Numbered from the stretch's first letter, positions 20,506 through 32,488 are shown. The stretch: DNA of 64,000 nt from Gammaproteobacteria bacterium (GCA_009840305.1 VXNY01000022.1:14042-78041); one strand, 5' to 3'. Notes: generated by a model from the sequence alone, not told the origin. A program made the numbers and translations.

Positions 20506-21750
20506 TTAGTCGGTTCCCAAATCAAATGCAGAGTGGAGCATTCGAACCGCCAATTCGCAAAAATCTTCGTGAATGACGACCGAGATCTTGATCTCCGATG
20601 TCGAGATCATCTGAATATTAATACCGTACTGCGCTAGTGTTTCAAACATTTTTGTAGCAATTCCCGCGTGGGAACGTATGCCTAGACCGACCGCGGTTAC
20701 TTTCGCGATTGCGTCGTCTCCGACTACTTCCATGTCGTATAGAGTAGGATCTTCCGCTTCACTTCGCAAACGAATCACTTGATCTCGCAGAATCTCTAGA
20801 CTCTGTTCAAAATTGCTGCGCGGAACCGTAAATGTCAAGTCCGTTCTTTGGTTTCTACTCACGTTCTGTACGATCATGTCGACCGAGATGTTCGCATCAC
20901 CCACTGGGCCTAATAATTGATACGCGATCCCTGGGATATCTGGAACGTGCGTAATAGTTACCTTGGCTTCGTTCTTGTCAAAAGTTATAGCCGATACTTC
21001 TGGTTGTTCCATTGATTCTCCTTCTTCCACTATTAATGTACCCGGGCCGTCGATAAAGCTTGAAAACACCTTCAACGGAATCGAATACCTACGTGCATAT
21101 TCGACCGACCTTAAGTGAAGCACTTTAGCCCCAAGAGCAGCGAGTTCGAGCATTTCCTCGAATGTCACACTGTCCATGCGCCTCGCTTGTTCGACAATGC
21201 GCGGATCGGCGGTATACACTCCATCGACGTCAGTGTAGATGCGACACTCCGATGCTTCCATGGCGACAGCAATAGCCACTGCGGTAGTATCAGAACCTCC
21301 GCGACCAATCGTAGTAATCTCGCCGGTGGGAGCGATTCCTTGAAATCCGGCAACGACTGGTATTGCGCCCTGCTCTATTGAACGACGAAGTTCTTTGCAA
21401 CCAACTTCAGTAATTCGTGCTCGTTGATGGCATTCGTTGGTATACACAGGCACTTGATTTCCTAAATAGGACATTGCAGGTACTCCAAGATCTTGAATCG
21501 CCATGGCGATAAGCGCGATAGATACTTGTTCGCCCGAGGCAAGCAAAACATCCATCTCGCGCGGATTTGGACGAGTGGAAATCGAATATCCGAGATCTTC
21601 CAGTTTGTCCGTTTCACCTGCCATTGCGGAAACTACCACAATGACTTCGTGCCCTTCGTGGCGGCAATCTACGACTTTTCGTGCAGCAGCTTGAACTCGT
21701 TCAAGATCGCATAACGACGTACCACCAAACTTCGTTACGATCAAACTCAT
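20506..21750 (-). CDS. lysC: aspartate kinase
   Basis: 414 aa. MSLIVTKFGGTSL, GRGGSDTTAVAIA and two C-terminal ACT-like repeats are present. The position between alaS and csrA is as in pseudomonads. Confidence 0.92.
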   Translation of the reverse strand: MSLIVTKFGGTSLCDLERVQAAARKVVDCRHEGHEVIVVVSAMAGETDKLEDLGYSISTRPNPREMDVLLASGEQVSIALIAMAIQDLGVPAMSYLGNQVPVYTNECHQRARITEVGCKELRRSIEQGAIPVVAGFQGIAPTGEITTIGRGGSDTTAVAIAVAMEASECRIYTDVDGVYTADPRIVEQARRMDSVTFEEMLELAALGAKVLHLRSVEYARRYSIPLKVFSSFIDGPGTLIVEEGESMEQPEVSAITFDKNEAKVTITHVPDIPGIAYQLLGPVGDANISVDMIVQNVSRNQRTDLTFTVPRSNFEQSLEILRDQVIRLRSEAEDPTLYDMEVVGDDAIAKVTAVGLGIRSHAGIATKMFETLAQYGINIQMISTSEIKISVVIHEDFCELAVRMLHSAFDLGTD

Positions 21751-21756
21751 TGAGGA

Positions 21757-24375
21757 TTAGTTTGTGCGTTCCTCGACCCAAGTCTCGACTGATCGCAATG
21801 CGTCGGGAAGTGCGGTAGCGTTTGTCCCACCACCTGCACGGGCGAGTTCTGGTGTACCACCCCCTCGGGCACCCACCTGAGCACCGACGAACTGCACTAA
21901 TTCGTCCGCCCGCATCTGCTCTCCTAGATCCTTTGATACACCACACACGAGCTGAACTTTCCCTTCTAACTCGATACTAAGAACTATCACTCTAGAGGAT
22001 AGCCTTGAAGCTAATTCATCGTATATGGACATCATTACTTTCGCGTCCCCAGTTACCTGAGCACTCACTACGGAGACTCCGTTGATCTCGCGAGCTGAAG
22101 CCACTAATTCTCTTCCAAAATCCGCATGACTCCGTTGCGACAATGTTCTAATCTGTTGTTGTAGTTCTGCTTTTTCTTCTAACAAAGATTGGACGCGACC
22201 GGGAAGCTCGCCCATTTGCGTTTGAAAAATTTGGGCAAGTTCTTGCAATGTACGTTCATTTGCACGCGCCCGGGCTTGTGCTTCACGACCTGTAACAGCC
22301 TCAATGCGCCTAGTCCCAGCCGCGATGCTTGTCTCCGCGTAAATCTTGAGCGAGCCAATTTCACCAATAAAGGGCACATGCGTACCACCACAAAGCTCCA
22401 CCGAGAATCCATTTCCCACATTTAGTACGCGAACAAAATCATCGTACTTTTCACCGAACATTGCAACTGCCCCGCTAGCAATTGCTTCGTCATAAGGCAT
22501 TACCTCTGTTTTGACTTCACTGTTCAGTGCAATCTGAGCATTGACCATGTCTTCTAAAGCCTCAATTTCTTCTCGTGTTACCGCTTGATCGTGTGAGAAG
22601 TCAAAGCGAAGTCGATCGGGTGCGACCAACGAACCACGTTGTTGGACGTGAGGTCCCAATACTCTTTTAAGAGCTTCATGTAACAAATGGGTCGCGGTAT
22701 GGTTCCGAGCAATATCCTGTCGTCGAATTTCATCCACTTGAGTAGCAACATGTTCACCTTTAGCTAGTGCTCCACGAGTCACCTCTCCGTAATGCAGAAA
22801 TTGGCGGTCCATGCGCTGGGTGTCGCGGACTTGAAACGTTGCATTTGGTGAAGAAATTTCTCCAGTATCACCAATTTGCCCTCCAGCTTCGCCATAGAAG
22901 CCTGTACGATCAAGCACTAAGATGCCTGTATCACCTTCATTCAAAATATCGACCTGGTCTGGAGTGCCGTCTGAAGTTTTGAATGTATCCGTGATCAACG
23001 AATCTACGCTAAGACTTTCATAACCTTCAAATTCAACCTCCGAATCAAATCGCAGTTTGCTATCCTGCGCAGTTTCAAACCGACTTGCGGCACGAGCTCG
23101 AGTTCGTTGCAGTTCCATAAGTTCGTTAAAGCTGTTACGATCTACGGTCAAGCCTTTTTCGCGTGCGAAATCTTCAGTGAGGTCAAGAGGAAAGCCATAT
23201 GTGTCGTACAGCTTAAACGCAATTTCGCCGTCAATCACCGTACCTGAAAGACGTGCGATTTCTGTTTCCAGAAGCGTCATGCCGTACCGTAGAGTCTTTG
23301 CAAACTTTTCTTCTTCACGCCTCAGAGAGGTGCTTATTCGATCAAGATTGTCGGTAAGTGCACTATAGGTTTCTCCCATACTCTCAGCAAGTGGTCGCAC
23401 GAGAGTATGAAAGAAGGTGTCTTGAATTCCTAGCTTGTATCCGTGTCTAAGAGCTCGGCGTATGATCCGGCGTAAGACATAACCTCGCCCTTCATTCGAT
23501 GGCAGGACTCCGTCCGAAATGAGAAATGCACATGATCTGATGTGGTCTGCTATCACTCGTAAAGACGGTTCTTGTCGAAGTTCGTTTGGATCACGTATGT
23601 TCGCGATTCTGGCCGTAGCTTCGATTAAATGTGAAAACAGGTCCGTCTCGTAATTACTGTTGACTTCTTGCATCAACGCTGCTGTGCGTTCCAAACCCAA
23701 CCCGGTATCAATTCCGGGGGCGGCGAGGGGTACTAATTCCCCATCCGGTTGCCGATCAAACTGTGGGAACACTAAGTTCCAAAACTCCAAAAAACGATCT
23801 CCGTCTTCGTTAGCAGAACCAGGTGGTCCACCTTCGAGATTCGGTCCTTGATCGAGAAAAATTTCGGTATTGGGACCACAGGGACCAGTTTCTCCCATTT
23901 CCCAGAAGTTATCCGCGTGATCGATTACACGTTCAGCTTTAATTCCAATTTTGCGAGTCCAAAGATCTCGAGCGACATCATCCGTTGGATGTACCGAAAT
24001 CCAAATCTGATCGCGATCAAAACCCAATACTTCCATTATGAAGTTCCAAGCCCAGTCGATTGCTTCTTCCTTGAAGTAATCGCCAAAGCTGAAATTTCCC
24101 AACATTTCGAACAGAGTATGATGGCGTGCCGTGTAACCGACATTTTCCAAGTCGTTGTGCTTACCACCCGCACGCAAGCACAGCTGACAGGATGCGGCTC
24201 GCCGTACGGTAGGAGTCTCAGCGCCAATAAGCTGGTCTTTAAACTGCACCATACCTGCTACGGTGAACATAATGGTTGGATCGTTTTGAGGCACTAAAGG
24301 CGCAGAGGGAAAGACTTTGTGGTCTAATTCTCGAAAGTAATCGAGAAATGCTCTTCTAATTTCTTCAGTTCGCAT
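21757..24375 (-). CDS. alaS: alanine--tRNA ligase
   Basis: 872 aa. MRTEEIRRAFLDYF..., HHTLFEMLGNFSFGDYFK, and editing-domain HTATHLLH / CGGTHV motifs are present. Confidence 0.97.
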   Translation of the reverse strand: MRTEEIRRAFLDYFRELDHKVFPSAPLVPQNDPTIMFTVAGMVQFKDQLIGAETPTVRRAASCQLCLRAGGKHNDLENVGYTARHHTLFEMLGNFSFGDYFKEEAIDWAWNFIMEVLGFDRDQIWISVHPTDDVARDLWTRKIGIKAERVIDHADNFWEMGETGPCGPNTEIFLDQGPNLEGGPPGSANEDGDRFLEFWNLVFPQFDRQPDGELVPLAAPGIDTGLGLERTAALMQEVNSNYETDLFSHLIEATARIANIRDPNELRQEPSLRVIADHIRSCAFLISDGVLPSNEGRGYVLRRIIRRALRHGYKLGIQDTFFHTLVRPLAESMGETYSALTDNLDRISTSLRREEEKFAKTLRYGMTLLETEIARLSGTVIDGEIAFKLYDTYGFPLDLTEDFAREKGLTVDRNSFNELMELQRTRARAASRFETAQDSKLRFDSEVEFEGYESLSVDSLITDTFKTSDGTPDQVDILNEGDTGILVLDRTGFYGEAGGQIGDTGEISSPNATFQVRDTQRMDRQFLHYGEVTRGALAKGEHVATQVDEIRRQDIARNHTATHLLHEALKRVLGPHVQQRGSLVAPDRLRFDFSHDQAVTREEIEALEDMVNAQIALNSEVKTEVMPYDEAIASGAVAMFGEKYDDFVRVLNVGNGFSVELCGGTHVPFIGEIGSLKIYAETSIAAGTRRIEAVTGREAQARARANERTLQELAQIFQTQMGELPGRVQSLLEEKAELQQQIRTLSQRSHADFGRELVASAREINGVSVVSAQVTGDAKVMMSIYDELASRLSSRVIVLSIELEGKVQLVCGVSKDLGEQMRADELVQFVGAQVGARGGGTPELARAGGGTNATALPDALRSVETWVEERTN

Positions 24376-24450
24376 TTTGGATGTTCTAAAAATGGATCGT
24401 GTGGTGTTTAAGATAGTGTCGGATGTCCTACAAACAAGCGTACGTCCAAA

Positions 24451-24933
24451 CTAATCGGGCACGGTCTCCAACACCTGTCGAATGATATTCGCGGGATAGC
24501 CTCGACTTTTCAATAATCGGCTTCGAATTGACCACGCTTCGTGCGTCGTAACTTCATGTGCTGAAATGCTGCGTTTCATACAATTCAGTTGATCTAATTT
24601 CAATGCGCGTTCAAGCCAAAATTCTTGATCGCTTGGGAGATAGTGCTTAATTAGCGAATCTATGATACCACGTTGCAACAGATAGGCGCGAATTTTGATT
24701 GGACCATCGTTCGTACGCAAACGCGCGCGTACCGCTAATTCAGTAAATCGGGTGTCTGATAGATATCCCTCAGTATCGAGTTCTTGAAGTGTCGCTGATA
24801 CTTTTTCGAAACTGCCTCCGCGAGCCAGAAGTTTTGCTCGTAGTTCGTAAGTTGAATGTTCACGGCGCGAAAGTAGCCGTAGCGCAATTTCTCTGAGTTG
24901 CGACGCGTCTAGAGTCGGTCTATTTTTGGACAC
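24451..24933 (-). CDS. recX: RecA regulator RecX
   Basis: 160 aa. REIALRLLSRREHSTYELRAKL begins helical repeats typical of RecX. The gene lies immediately downstream of recA. Confidence 0.85.
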   Translation of the reverse strand: MSKNRPTLDASQLREIALRLLSRREHSTYELRAKLLARGGSFEKVSATLQELDTEGYLSDTRFTELAVRARLRTNDGPIKIRAYLLQRGIIDSLIKHYLPSDQEFWLERALKLDQLNCMKRSISAHEVTTHEAWSIRSRLLKSRGYPANIIRQVLETVPD

Positions 24934-24954
24934 AGACTCAGTTTAGCAAGGTCT

Positions 24955-25974
24955 TTAGTTCTCAGCTCCGTCTTCGGTATCCTCTTGCTTAAACACGTTG
25001 GCGCGAATTTTTGCTTCGATTTCGTTGGTTACTTCCGAGTTGTTCTTGAGCCACAACTCAGCGTTTCGTCGTCCTTGTCCAATTCTCTCTTCATTAAAGG
25101 AATACCAAGTACCGGACTTCTCCAGCAAACCTTGATCGACCGCCATATCCAAAATCTCACCGACGTAGTTGATCCCTTCGTTATACAGAATCTGAAACTC
25201 TGCTTGACGGAACGGCGGTGCGACCTTGTTCTTCAGCACTTTCACCCGGGTCTGATTACCCTGCACTTCATCGCCCTCCTTGATCTGTCCAATGCGACGG
25301 ATATCCAAGCGAACGGATGCGTAAAACTTAAGCGCGTTCCCGCCGGTCGTGGTTTCGGGTGAACCGAACATGACGCCGATCTTGCTGCGTATTTGATTAA
25401 TGAAAATTACCAAGGTGTTGGAGTTCTTAATGTTTGCGGTCATTTTCCGCAGTGCTTGACTCATTAGGCGTGCTTGGAGACCGACGTGTGAGTCACCCAT
25501 CTCACCTTCGAGCTCTGCTTTGGGGGTGAGCGCGGCGACCGAATCTATAACAATTACATCAATCGCTCCGGAACGCACCATCATGTCACAGATTTCTAAG
25601 GCTTGTTCGCCGGTATCTGGTTGTGAGACGAATAACTCTTCAGTGTTAACCCCAAGCTTCTTGGCATAAATTGGGTCCATGGCATGCTCTGCGTCAATGA
25701 ACGCACAGGTGCCACCTAGTTTTTGTGCCTCGGCGACTACATGTAAGGTTAGTGTCGTTTTTCCAGAGGACTCGGGACCATAAACTTCGACTACACGACC
25801 GCGAGGTAATCCACCGACACCAAGTGCAATGTCGAGCGCTAAAGAACCGGTGGAAATCACTGGGATTTCCTCTTGCCGTTGCTCGCCTAAGCGCATCATT
25901 GAGCCCTTACCAAACTGTTTCTCTATTTGCGACAGTGCTACTTCAAGAGCTCTATCTTTAGCAGAATTGCTCAT
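24955..25974 (-). CDS. recA: recombinase A
   Basis: 339 aa. [23 protein letters not shown], the Walker [10 protein letters not shown], and the L2 region are unmistakable. Confidence 0.98.
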   Translation of the reverse strand: MSNSAKDRALEVALSQIEKQFGKGSMMRLGEQRQEEIPVISTGSLALDIALGVGGLPRGRVVEVYGPESSGKTTLTLHVVAEAQKLGGTCAFIDAEHAMDPIYAKKLGVNTEELFVSQPDTGEQALEICDMMVRSGAIDVIVIDSVAALTPKAELEGEMGDSHVGLQARLMSQALRKMTANIKNSNTLVIFINQIRSKIGVMFGSPETTTGGNALKFYASVRLDIRRIGQIKEGDEVQGNQTRVKVLKNKVAPPFRQAEFQILYNEGINYVGEILDMAVDQGLLEKSGTWYSFNEERIGQGRRNAELWLKNNSEVTNEIEAKIRANVFKQEDTEDGAEN

Positions 25975-25996
25975 AATATCTCCTTGTTATCGGTTA

Positions 25997-26012
25997 CTGT
26001 ATAGATATTCAG
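25997..26012. promoter_or_regulatory. LexA (SOS) box in the recA promoter
   Basis: In the recA orientation it reads CTGAATATCTATACAG (CTG-N10-CAG core, one mismatch to CTGT-N8-ACAG). It lies 23-38 nt upstream of the recA ATG and overlaps a TTGAAT ... TACAGT promoter-like pair. Confidence 0.6.
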
Positions 26013-26221
26013 TCAAAATTCAAGGGCTTTTTTAAAGTTTTTTCGCAGTTCGGACAAATATAGTCCCAAAACAATCGACTGAAATCCGATACAGAAACTG
26101 GATAGGAATTCTAGAGAAAAAGCACACAAAGATGTATCGAATAAAACTGACTACTGCTCATAATGTATTCGTGTTTAGCTAGCTCATCGATGAACCGTTA
26201 CCGAGTCGCCCAACTACATAC

Positions 26222-28822
26222 ATGAACAAGCCTGTCCATACCGCGATGATGCGACAGTACTTAGAACTGAAATCGCAGCATCCTGACGATCTACTGTTCT
26301 TTCGTATGGGCGACTTCTATGAACTGTTTTATGACGATGCTATAGAGGCTGCGGAATTGTTGGAGATTACTCTCACCGCGCGAGATAAACAGAGCTCCAA
26401 CCCAATACCGATGTGCGGAGTACCGCATCATGCAGTCGAGAGCTATCTGACGAAGTTAGTCGCACGTGGAAAAACTGTCGCTATTTGTGAGCAAATCGGC
26501 GATCCCAGCACGACTAAAGGGCCGGTCGAACGACAGATCGTTCGCGTAATCACGCCGGGCACGATCACAGACGAATCACTTATACAAAGCGATCAAGAGA
26601 GTGTCTTACTGACAATCAACAACACAGGCAAACGTACCAATCAGTATGGTGTCGCGTGGATCAATCTTTCTACGAATTCCTTTAACGTTGCAACCGTTAA
26701 GACTCGAAATGAACTTGATAGTCTGTTGGAGCAAATCAATCCAACAGAGATTGTTGTACCGGAATACGCTAATCTTGAACTAAACGGTCGGAATTTTCGG
26801 GAACTAGACCCACTACGATTTGATGACCAACTAGGTTTAGCTGAGCTCACGCGGCACTTTCAGACCCAAGATTTAACTGGTTTTGGTATTTCGAGCGACT
26901 GTAGCACGATTGGCGCGGCTGCAGCAGCTCTGTCTTACGCACAAGATGCCTACCGACAATCGCTGGATTTCATTCAATCGATCCAGCAATTTCACGACCA
27001 TCAAGTTTTACAAATCGATGCTCAAACGCGTCGAAATTTAGAGATCGATGTAAAGATCGGATCGGAACAACTCGCAGGAACTTTGTATGACACAATAAAC
27101 TTCACTGCCACTCCCATGGGTTCTCGTCTGTTGCGACATTGGTTGCATGAACCCAGCACTGATACGACCGAAGTGATCGAACGTCTTAATGTCGTTGACG
27201 CCGTGATAGAACACCAGTTCCTAGACCTGATCTATCAACAACTAAGACCGATTGGAGATGTTCAACGCACAGTCACGCGGCTTGCGATGAAATCTGCTAC
27301 ACCTAGAGATTTAGTGCGAATTAGCGGAGCGATCTACTGCTTTCAAGAACTTCAACCAACCGTCAAAACACTGAACGTATCATCCGAGTCGAAGAATTTC
27401 GAATCAGTACCCGACCTGACGGAAACTATGCAGCTCATAGACCGAGCGATCGTCGACAACCCGCCTGTCACCGCTCGAGATGGGGGCGTGTTTAAGCGTG
27501 GATTTAACGCCGATCTCGACAAATTGCGCCAAATACGCGACAACGAATCGGAATTTCTGAATGAACTTGAAGACCGCGAAAGAGAACGGACCCAAATCCC
27601 TACCCTACGTGTGGGTTTCAATCGAGTACATGGCTACTACATTGAAATTTCCCGGGCTCAAGCTAGCAAAGTTCCAAGCGAATATGTTCGTCGACAGACA
27701 CTGAAACATAGCGAAAGGTATATCACCCCTGAGCTTCGGGAATTTGAAGAGCGATTTCTCAGCGCAGAATCGGAAGCATTGGCGCTTGAAAAAGAACTGT
27801 ACTCCGAACTTGTTCAGGAACTTTCAAAGGAGTCGCACAAATTGCGCCAACTTGCTGAAATGCTCGCAAGGTTGGATGTACTTAATAGTTTTGCCAGGTC
27901 TAGCCATGAGTACAGCTTCGTACGACCTCAATTTACTACTGATAGCACACTAAAAATTGAAGGTGGCAAACACGCTATTCTGGCTACGAAAGCGGAGCAC
28001 GAATTCGTTCCAAACTCCATAGAACTCGATAGATTTCGTCGCATGCTCATCGTAACCGGTCCCAACATGGGTGGTAAATCCACTTACATGCGACAAACGG
28101 CGCTGATTGTTATTCTTGCATACGTTGGTTGTTTTGTACCTGCAGAAAGTGCACTGATTGGACCTATCGATCGAATATTCACCCGCATTGGCGCGTCCGA
28201 CGATTTGCTCGGAGGACGTTCGACTTTCATGGTCGAAATGACCGAGACAGCGCAAATCTTGCACAACGCTACAGAATCAAGTTTGGTCTTGCTAGACGAA
28301 ATTGGACGTGGTACCAGCACATACGACGGTCTTGCATTAGCACTAGCTATTGCGGCGGCGATGGCCCAGCGCGTCCAAGCCTTCACTCTCTTTTCCACCC
28401 ACTTCTTAGAACTCACAGCCCTAGCCCAAGAATTACCCAGTGTTGAAAATGTCCATCTTGGTGTGCTGGAACATAAACGGAAAGTGGTGTTCCTACACAC
28501 TGTCGAACCCGGCGCTGCTTCGCAAAGCTACGGTATTCAGGTCGCGAAACTCGCTGGGATACCTGGCAAAGTATTGCAGCACGCGCGAAACCATTTGCAC
28601 AAATTAGAACAGGCTGCTAGCCAAGGTCAATCAACGGACTTCACCGACTTATTCACCGAAGATATTCCAGAAGACGAATTTGAACACCCTGCATTAGAAC
28701 AATTAAAGACCCTGAATATTGATGATCTCTCCCCACGAGCTGCTCTAGAAACACTGTATGAACTTAAGATTGCTGTAGAAAAAGAAGACAAACTTGCTCC
28801 TGCGAAAAACACGAAGTCCTGA
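26222..28822 (+). CDS. mutS: DNA mismatch repair protein MutS
   Basis: 866 aa. It has the N-terminal [28 protein letters not shown] (mismatch-binding Phe-x-Glu), the Walker [10 protein letters not shown], and [12 protein letters not shown]. Confidence 0.97.
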   Translation: MNKPVHTAMMRQYLELKSQHPDDLLFFRMGDFYELFYDDAIEAAELLEITLTARDKQSSNPIPMCGVPHHAVESYLTKLVARGKTVAICEQIGDPSTTKGPVERQIVRVITPGTITDESLIQSDQESVLLTINNTGKRTNQYGVAWINLSTNSFNVATVKTRNELDSLLEQINPTEIVVPEYANLELNGRNFRELDPLRFDDQLGLAELTRHFQTQDLTGFGISSDCSTIGAAAAALSYAQDAYRQSLDFIQSIQQFHDHQVLQIDAQTRRNLEIDVKIGSEQLAGTLYDTINFTATPMGSRLLRHWLHEPSTDTTEVIERLNVVDAVIEHQFLDLIYQQLRPIGDVQRTVTRLAMKSATPRDLVRISGAIYCFQELQPTVKTLNVSSESKNFESVPDLTETMQLIDRAIVDNPPVTARDGGVFKRGFNADLDKLRQIRDNESEFLNELEDRERERTQIPTLRVGFNRVHGYYIEISRAQASKVPSEYVRRQTLKHSERYITPELREFEERFLSAESEALALEKELYSELVQELSKESHKLRQLAEMLARLDVLNSFARSSHEYSFVRPQFTTDSTLKIEGGKHAILATKAEHEFVPNSIELDRFRRMLIVTGPNMGGKSTYMRQTALIVILAYVGCFVPAESALIGPIDRIFTRIGASDDLLGGRSTFMVEMTETAQILHNATESSLVLLDEIGRGTSTYDGLALALAIAAAMAQRVQAFTLFSTHFLELTALAQELPSVENVHLGVLEHKRKVVFLHTVEPGAASQSYGIQVAKLAGIPGKVLQHARNHLHKLEQAASQGQSTDFTDLFTEDIPEDEFEHPALEQLKTLNIDDLSPRAALETLYELKIAVEKEDKLAPAKNTKS

Positions 28823-29079
28823 GGCAATTTACCACTCTCACCAACAGTAGAGCTATAGCCACTCATCCCTTTCCCAACTCAGTCAGAGTTGACACAAGGG
28901 TATTACCGATAATTAAATTTAACGAGAAAAACAATGGTGCTCTTTCAGTTGAGATCGCATACAATTGCTTTGAAGAGTTAGGAAAGCACACTCAAGAGCT
29001 TCATTGGAGAGTTCAACACTGGTGAACACCATTCGGTTTTCTCGATACAGAAGTTTGTAGCAGGTACAATCACCAAAAA

Positions 29080-29796
29080 ATGAAACATACCCGGATTATG
29101 AGAAGTTTCGCTGTCGCAACCTTGGTATTGATAGTTGGTCATTCACTGGCGCAAAAGTCTGAAGAGAACTCTGAGTCCGAGGCATCCCCTTCACCTACGA
29201 TCTTGGTAAATATCGAAGAACTACGCGATAGTTCGCGCAGAATTTTTGAACTTATAGACTCAAACCAAAGCGGTTCAATCTCTTTGGATGAAATTACTCA
29301 TTGGTCGTCCGAAGATGACCAAGAGAGAATGAACGCTGTGGAAAGAGATAAAGCGCTACGACGACAACAAGCAATCTCCAATAAATTTATGCGTAGAGAT
29401 CGAGAAACAGAAGAGTTCGAGATTGTTGATGCAAACAGTAACGGATTTGTCAGTGAGAAAGAATTTGACGGGCGTGAAGACTCCATCCGAAACCATGGTT
29501 TGGAATTGGGCTTCCAGGAGTTAGACATAGATGACAACGGTGGAGTAGAACTTGTTGAGTTTAATGCCTATATCGACGAAATCGAACAAGTTGATAAAGA
29601 TAAAGACGGATCGATATCGACTATCGAGGCTGTGGACCTTGTCTTTATTGAAAACCGAACCGAGTACTCTGAAGATCGAAGCCTGCTGAAAGAAGTTTTC
29701 AGTGTGTACCGTCCCTCTCGGGGGGTGCAGCAATCGCTGCTAGAGGAGTTCAACGGCAGTTTCAAAAAAACTAAGAACGATGCTGAAGACCAATAG
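29080..29796 (+). CDS. secreted four-EF-hand protein, array member 1
   Basis: Signal peptide MKHTRIMRSFAVATLVLIVGHSLAQ. The loops are DSNQSGSISLDE, DANSNGFVSEKE, DIDDNGGVELVE and DKDKDGSISTIE. Confidence 0.75.
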   Translation: MKHTRIMRSFAVATLVLIVGHSLAQKSEENSESEASPSPTILVNIEELRDSSRRIFELIDSNQSGSISLDEITHWSSEDDQERMNAVERDKALRRQQAISNKFMRRDRETEEFEIVDANSNGFVSEKEFDGREDSIRNHGLELGFQELDIDDNGGVELVEFNAYIDEIEQVDKDKDGSISTIEAVDLVFIENRTEYSEDRSLLKEVFSVYRPSRGVQQSLLEEFNGSFKKTKNDAEDQ

Positions 29797-29844
29797 AGGT
29801 CAGCTGAGAAATTGACAACTACTTTCTTGCACGAGAGTAAAGAG

Positions 29845-30531
29845 ATGAACCAAGAAGGATTCTTGAAGATTTGCATGGTAGCAGTCTTGTCGTTAGCGTG
29901 TAGTTTAGTGATTGCACAAGAATTGGATATGTCGGTCGTGTCTGAAGAGTCTTCCTCTCGGGGTGTAGACATTGATGACCTACGCGAAAGTTCGACAGAA
30001 GTGTTTGAGCAATTAGACGAAAATCACAGTGGTTCAATTACTCGGGATGAGATTGATATTTCTTTAACAGATGAAGAGTTAGCCCAAATGGTACCTCAAG
30101 AACTGAGGCAGTGGGACCGAAGACGTATGGAGATATACAAAAAATTTTTTCGAGAGGATATAGAAGTTTCTGAGTTTGAGGTTGCAGACAAGGACAATGA
30201 CGGAGTACTAAATAAAGAAGAGTATGGCGCTCGCGACACGACGATTGAAAACTACAAGGTGGAACTGGGTTGGAAAGAATTGGATACTGACAGTAGTGGT
30301 AGTGTAGAGCTAGTCGAATTCAATGGTTTTTTAGATGACTTTGAACAGTACGACGAAGACAATGACGGCATACTATCGTATGAAGAAGCGAAGAACAGTA
30401 ATGACCAAGAAATTCTTCGTGTAGTTCGGGCGCGTCAAAATTCGTATGTCTACACCTATTTAGATAATTCCGCACAGCGAATCCAAAGAGCTAAAGAGAG
30501 AGTCAAGAAGAACAATGAGGGTAAAAAGTAG
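29845..30531 (+). CDS. secreted four-EF-hand protein, array member 2
   Basis: The ATG at 29845 (MNQEGFLKICMVAVLSLACSLVIAQ) gives a signal peptide. The track start at 29812 is a TTG extension. The loops are DENHSGSITRDE, DKDNDGVLNKEE, DTDSSGSVELVE and DEDNDGILSYEE. Confidence 0.75.
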   Translation: MNQEGFLKICMVAVLSLACSLVIAQELDMSVVSEESSSRGVDIDDLRESSTEVFEQLDENHSGSITRDEIDISLTDEELAQMVPQELRQWDRRRMEIYKKFFREDIEVSEFEVADKDNDGVLNKEEYGARDTTIENYKVELGWKELDTDSSGSVELVEFNGFLDDFEQYDEDNDGILSYEEAKNSNDQEILRVVRARQNSYVYTYLDNSAQRIQRAKERVKKNNEGKK

Positions 30532-30769
30532 TTTCCCACTCGCTGCAACGTGAAAGAACTTTCGATAAATTCACATCATTAGATCGAGTCTAGACTCTCA
30601 CGTCGTTTCTGAGTCTCTCTCTTCGTGCACAAGGACTTGTTGATATACTCTCTACATCAGTTACCCTCGCTGTAGAGTTAAAATTGTAAAAAGTGTGTTC
30701 TGTCCGAGACAGAGTGCATTCAATCTCAAGATTGACCACTGTTTCTTCATTTGATCATGGGAGTGAAAC

Positions 30770-31504
30770 ATGAAATTTTCAAAAAACCTGACTTGTTTAC
30801 TAATCTCATCTTTGGGTTACTTATCCTTTTGTGCCCTTGCTGACGAAGAATATGATGCTAAACAACAATACGTCTATTCCGACTTGAAATGGTTTGGCTC
30901 GGGCGCAACAATTCAAGAATTGCGCGACCGTTCCACCACGACGTTTGAACTTCTAGACCAAGATGGCAGCAGTTCAATAACTTTTGACGAAATCAACCTG
31001 AGTGAGATGGAATCTGAGGTGTCAGACATGAACAACGAGGAACTTAGGGAATATAGTCGACGTGTCAATGCTATTCATAGCAAGTTCATGAATTGGACAA
31101 TTGAATTTGACGAGTTTGAAGTCGTAGACACCAACGGGGATGGCGTATGGAACAAAGATGAATACGAAGTTCGCCACCAAAATCTGCAAAGCCATCGCTT
31201 AGAACTTGGTTTAAATGAATGGGACACCGACGAAAACGGTGCTGTTGAGTTGCACGAATTTAACAGTCACTTGGACGAATTGGAACTTCTTGATGAAAAC
31301 GCTGACGGAACCGTTTCACATCAAGAAGCGTTTAAGAGTAAAAATGACAACGTCATATCCGATGTTCTGAACAAACTGAAACTAGATGAAATGATCTGGG
31401 CGAGCGTTAAAGCGGTAAACGCGGACATCGAGGCCGAAGCCGAAGCTAAAGCGACGCGGTATATGTTCATCAAACAGAAAGAAGCCGATAAGGTCGACAA
31501 ATAG
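30770..31504 (+). CDS. secreted four-EF-hand protein, array member 3
   Basis: SD GGGAG and signal peptide MKFSKNLTCLLISSLGYLSFCALA. The loops are DQDGSSSITFDE, DTNGDGVWNKDE, DTDENGAVELHE and DENADGTVSHQE. Confidence 0.8.
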   Translation: MKFSKNLTCLLISSLGYLSFCALADEEYDAKQQYVYSDLKWFGSGATIQELRDRSTTTFELLDQDGSSSITFDEINLSEMESEVSDMNNEELREYSRRVNAIHSKFMNWTIEFDEFEVVDTNGDGVWNKDEYEVRHQNLQSHRLELGLNEWDTDENGAVELHEFNSHLDELELLDENADGTVSHQEAFKSKNDNVISDVLNKLKLDEMIWASVKAVNADIEAEAEAKATRYMFIKQKEADKVDK

Positions 31505-31648
31505 CTTTCTCGCCTGCAATCTTCCCAAGTGTCGCGAGCCCAATTCTCTGACATTAGAAAAAATCGGAAAGAGGTAACCTTTTTTGTTCAAGGTTCATCT
31601 AACTACCACTATCTACCTTTTCGCAATTTTCACTCACGGGAGAGAAGC

Positions 31649-32389
31649 ATGAAATTTAGTCGAATTCTTACAAGTTTTGCGATCGCTGTTCTTGCAATGG
31701 GCGGTATAGGAGCTGCTGCGGACGATTCCTCTAAAGAAGGTCTTGAATTCCTTGACCAGTTGGGCTGGTTTAAATCAGGCGCGCAGATTCAAGAATTACG
31801 CGATGGCTCAACTGAGGTGTTCGAATTATTGGACGAGAATGACAGTGGGTCTATCACGCTTGATGAAATCGACCTCACTCAATTCGAAACAGATATGGCG
31901 AAGATGAACCCAGCCGAATTACAACAAAATCGTCGGCGCATCAACGCAATTCGGAGCAAATTCATGATTTGGTCCGAAGAGATTGACGAATTTGAGGTTG
32001 TCGATACGAACAGTGACGGCTATTGGAGCGAGGAAGAGTATGAGGCTCGCACCGAAAATCTTAATCTCCACCGCCTAGAACTAGGAATAAAACAATTTGA
32101 TGAGGATGAAAACGGAGCAGTAGAACTGCACGAGTTTAACAAACACTTGGACGAATTGGAAATGCTTGACGAAGATGGAGACGGCACGGTATCAAGAGAA
32201 GAAGCATTCAAGAGTAAAAACAAACATGTTATAACCGACGTGTTGAAGCAACAGTTTCACGGCGACGCTGCAATTATGGTTGGTGGTCCCTCTTTACTGA
32301 AGACTCTCCCCGAAGGTGCGGTAAGCGGTGGGGTACAGATGCAAGTCATCCATAAAAAAGTTGAAGTAGAAGACAGCAAAAAAGAATAA
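31649..32389 (+). CDS. secreted four-EF-hand protein, array member 4
   Basis: The ATG at 31649 follows GGGAGAGA and gives the signal peptide MKFSRILTSFAIAVLAMGGIGAAA. The track start at 31529 is an extension. The loops are DENDSGSITLDE, DTNSDGYWSEEE, DEDENGAVELHE and DEDGDGTVSREE. Confidence 0.8.
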   Translation: MKFSRILTSFAIAVLAMGGIGAAADDSSKEGLEFLDQLGWFKSGAQIQELRDGSTEVFELLDENDSGSITLDEIDLTQFETDMAKMNPAELQQNRRRINAIRSKFMIWSEEIDEFEVVDTNSDGYWSEEEYEARTENLNLHRLELGIKQFDEDENGAVELHEFNKHLDELEMLDEDGDGTVSREEAFKSKNKHVITDVLKQQFHGDAAIMVGGPSLLKTLPEGAVSGGVQMQVIHKKVEVEDSKKE

Positions 32390-32452
32390 CCCACTCAAAC
32401 TCTTTCAAGGTTTTGGAGTTCTACCAAACCCTTTCGATCATACAAACTCTCG

Positions 32453-32488
32453 ACGACGGCACCTGCAAAGGTGCCGTCGTTATTTATT
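32453..32488 (+). terminator. rho-independent terminator after array member 4
   Basis: ACGACGGCACC-TGCAAA-GGTGCCGTCGT forms an 11-bp perfect stem. It is followed by TATTTATT. Confidence 0.75.

Noticed and set aside
29568-29972. 134-aa minus-strand ORF spanning the junction of EF-hand genes 1 and 2
   Set aside because: It is antisense to two well-supported genes, Ser-rich low complexity, and lacks an RBS. It is most likely spurious.
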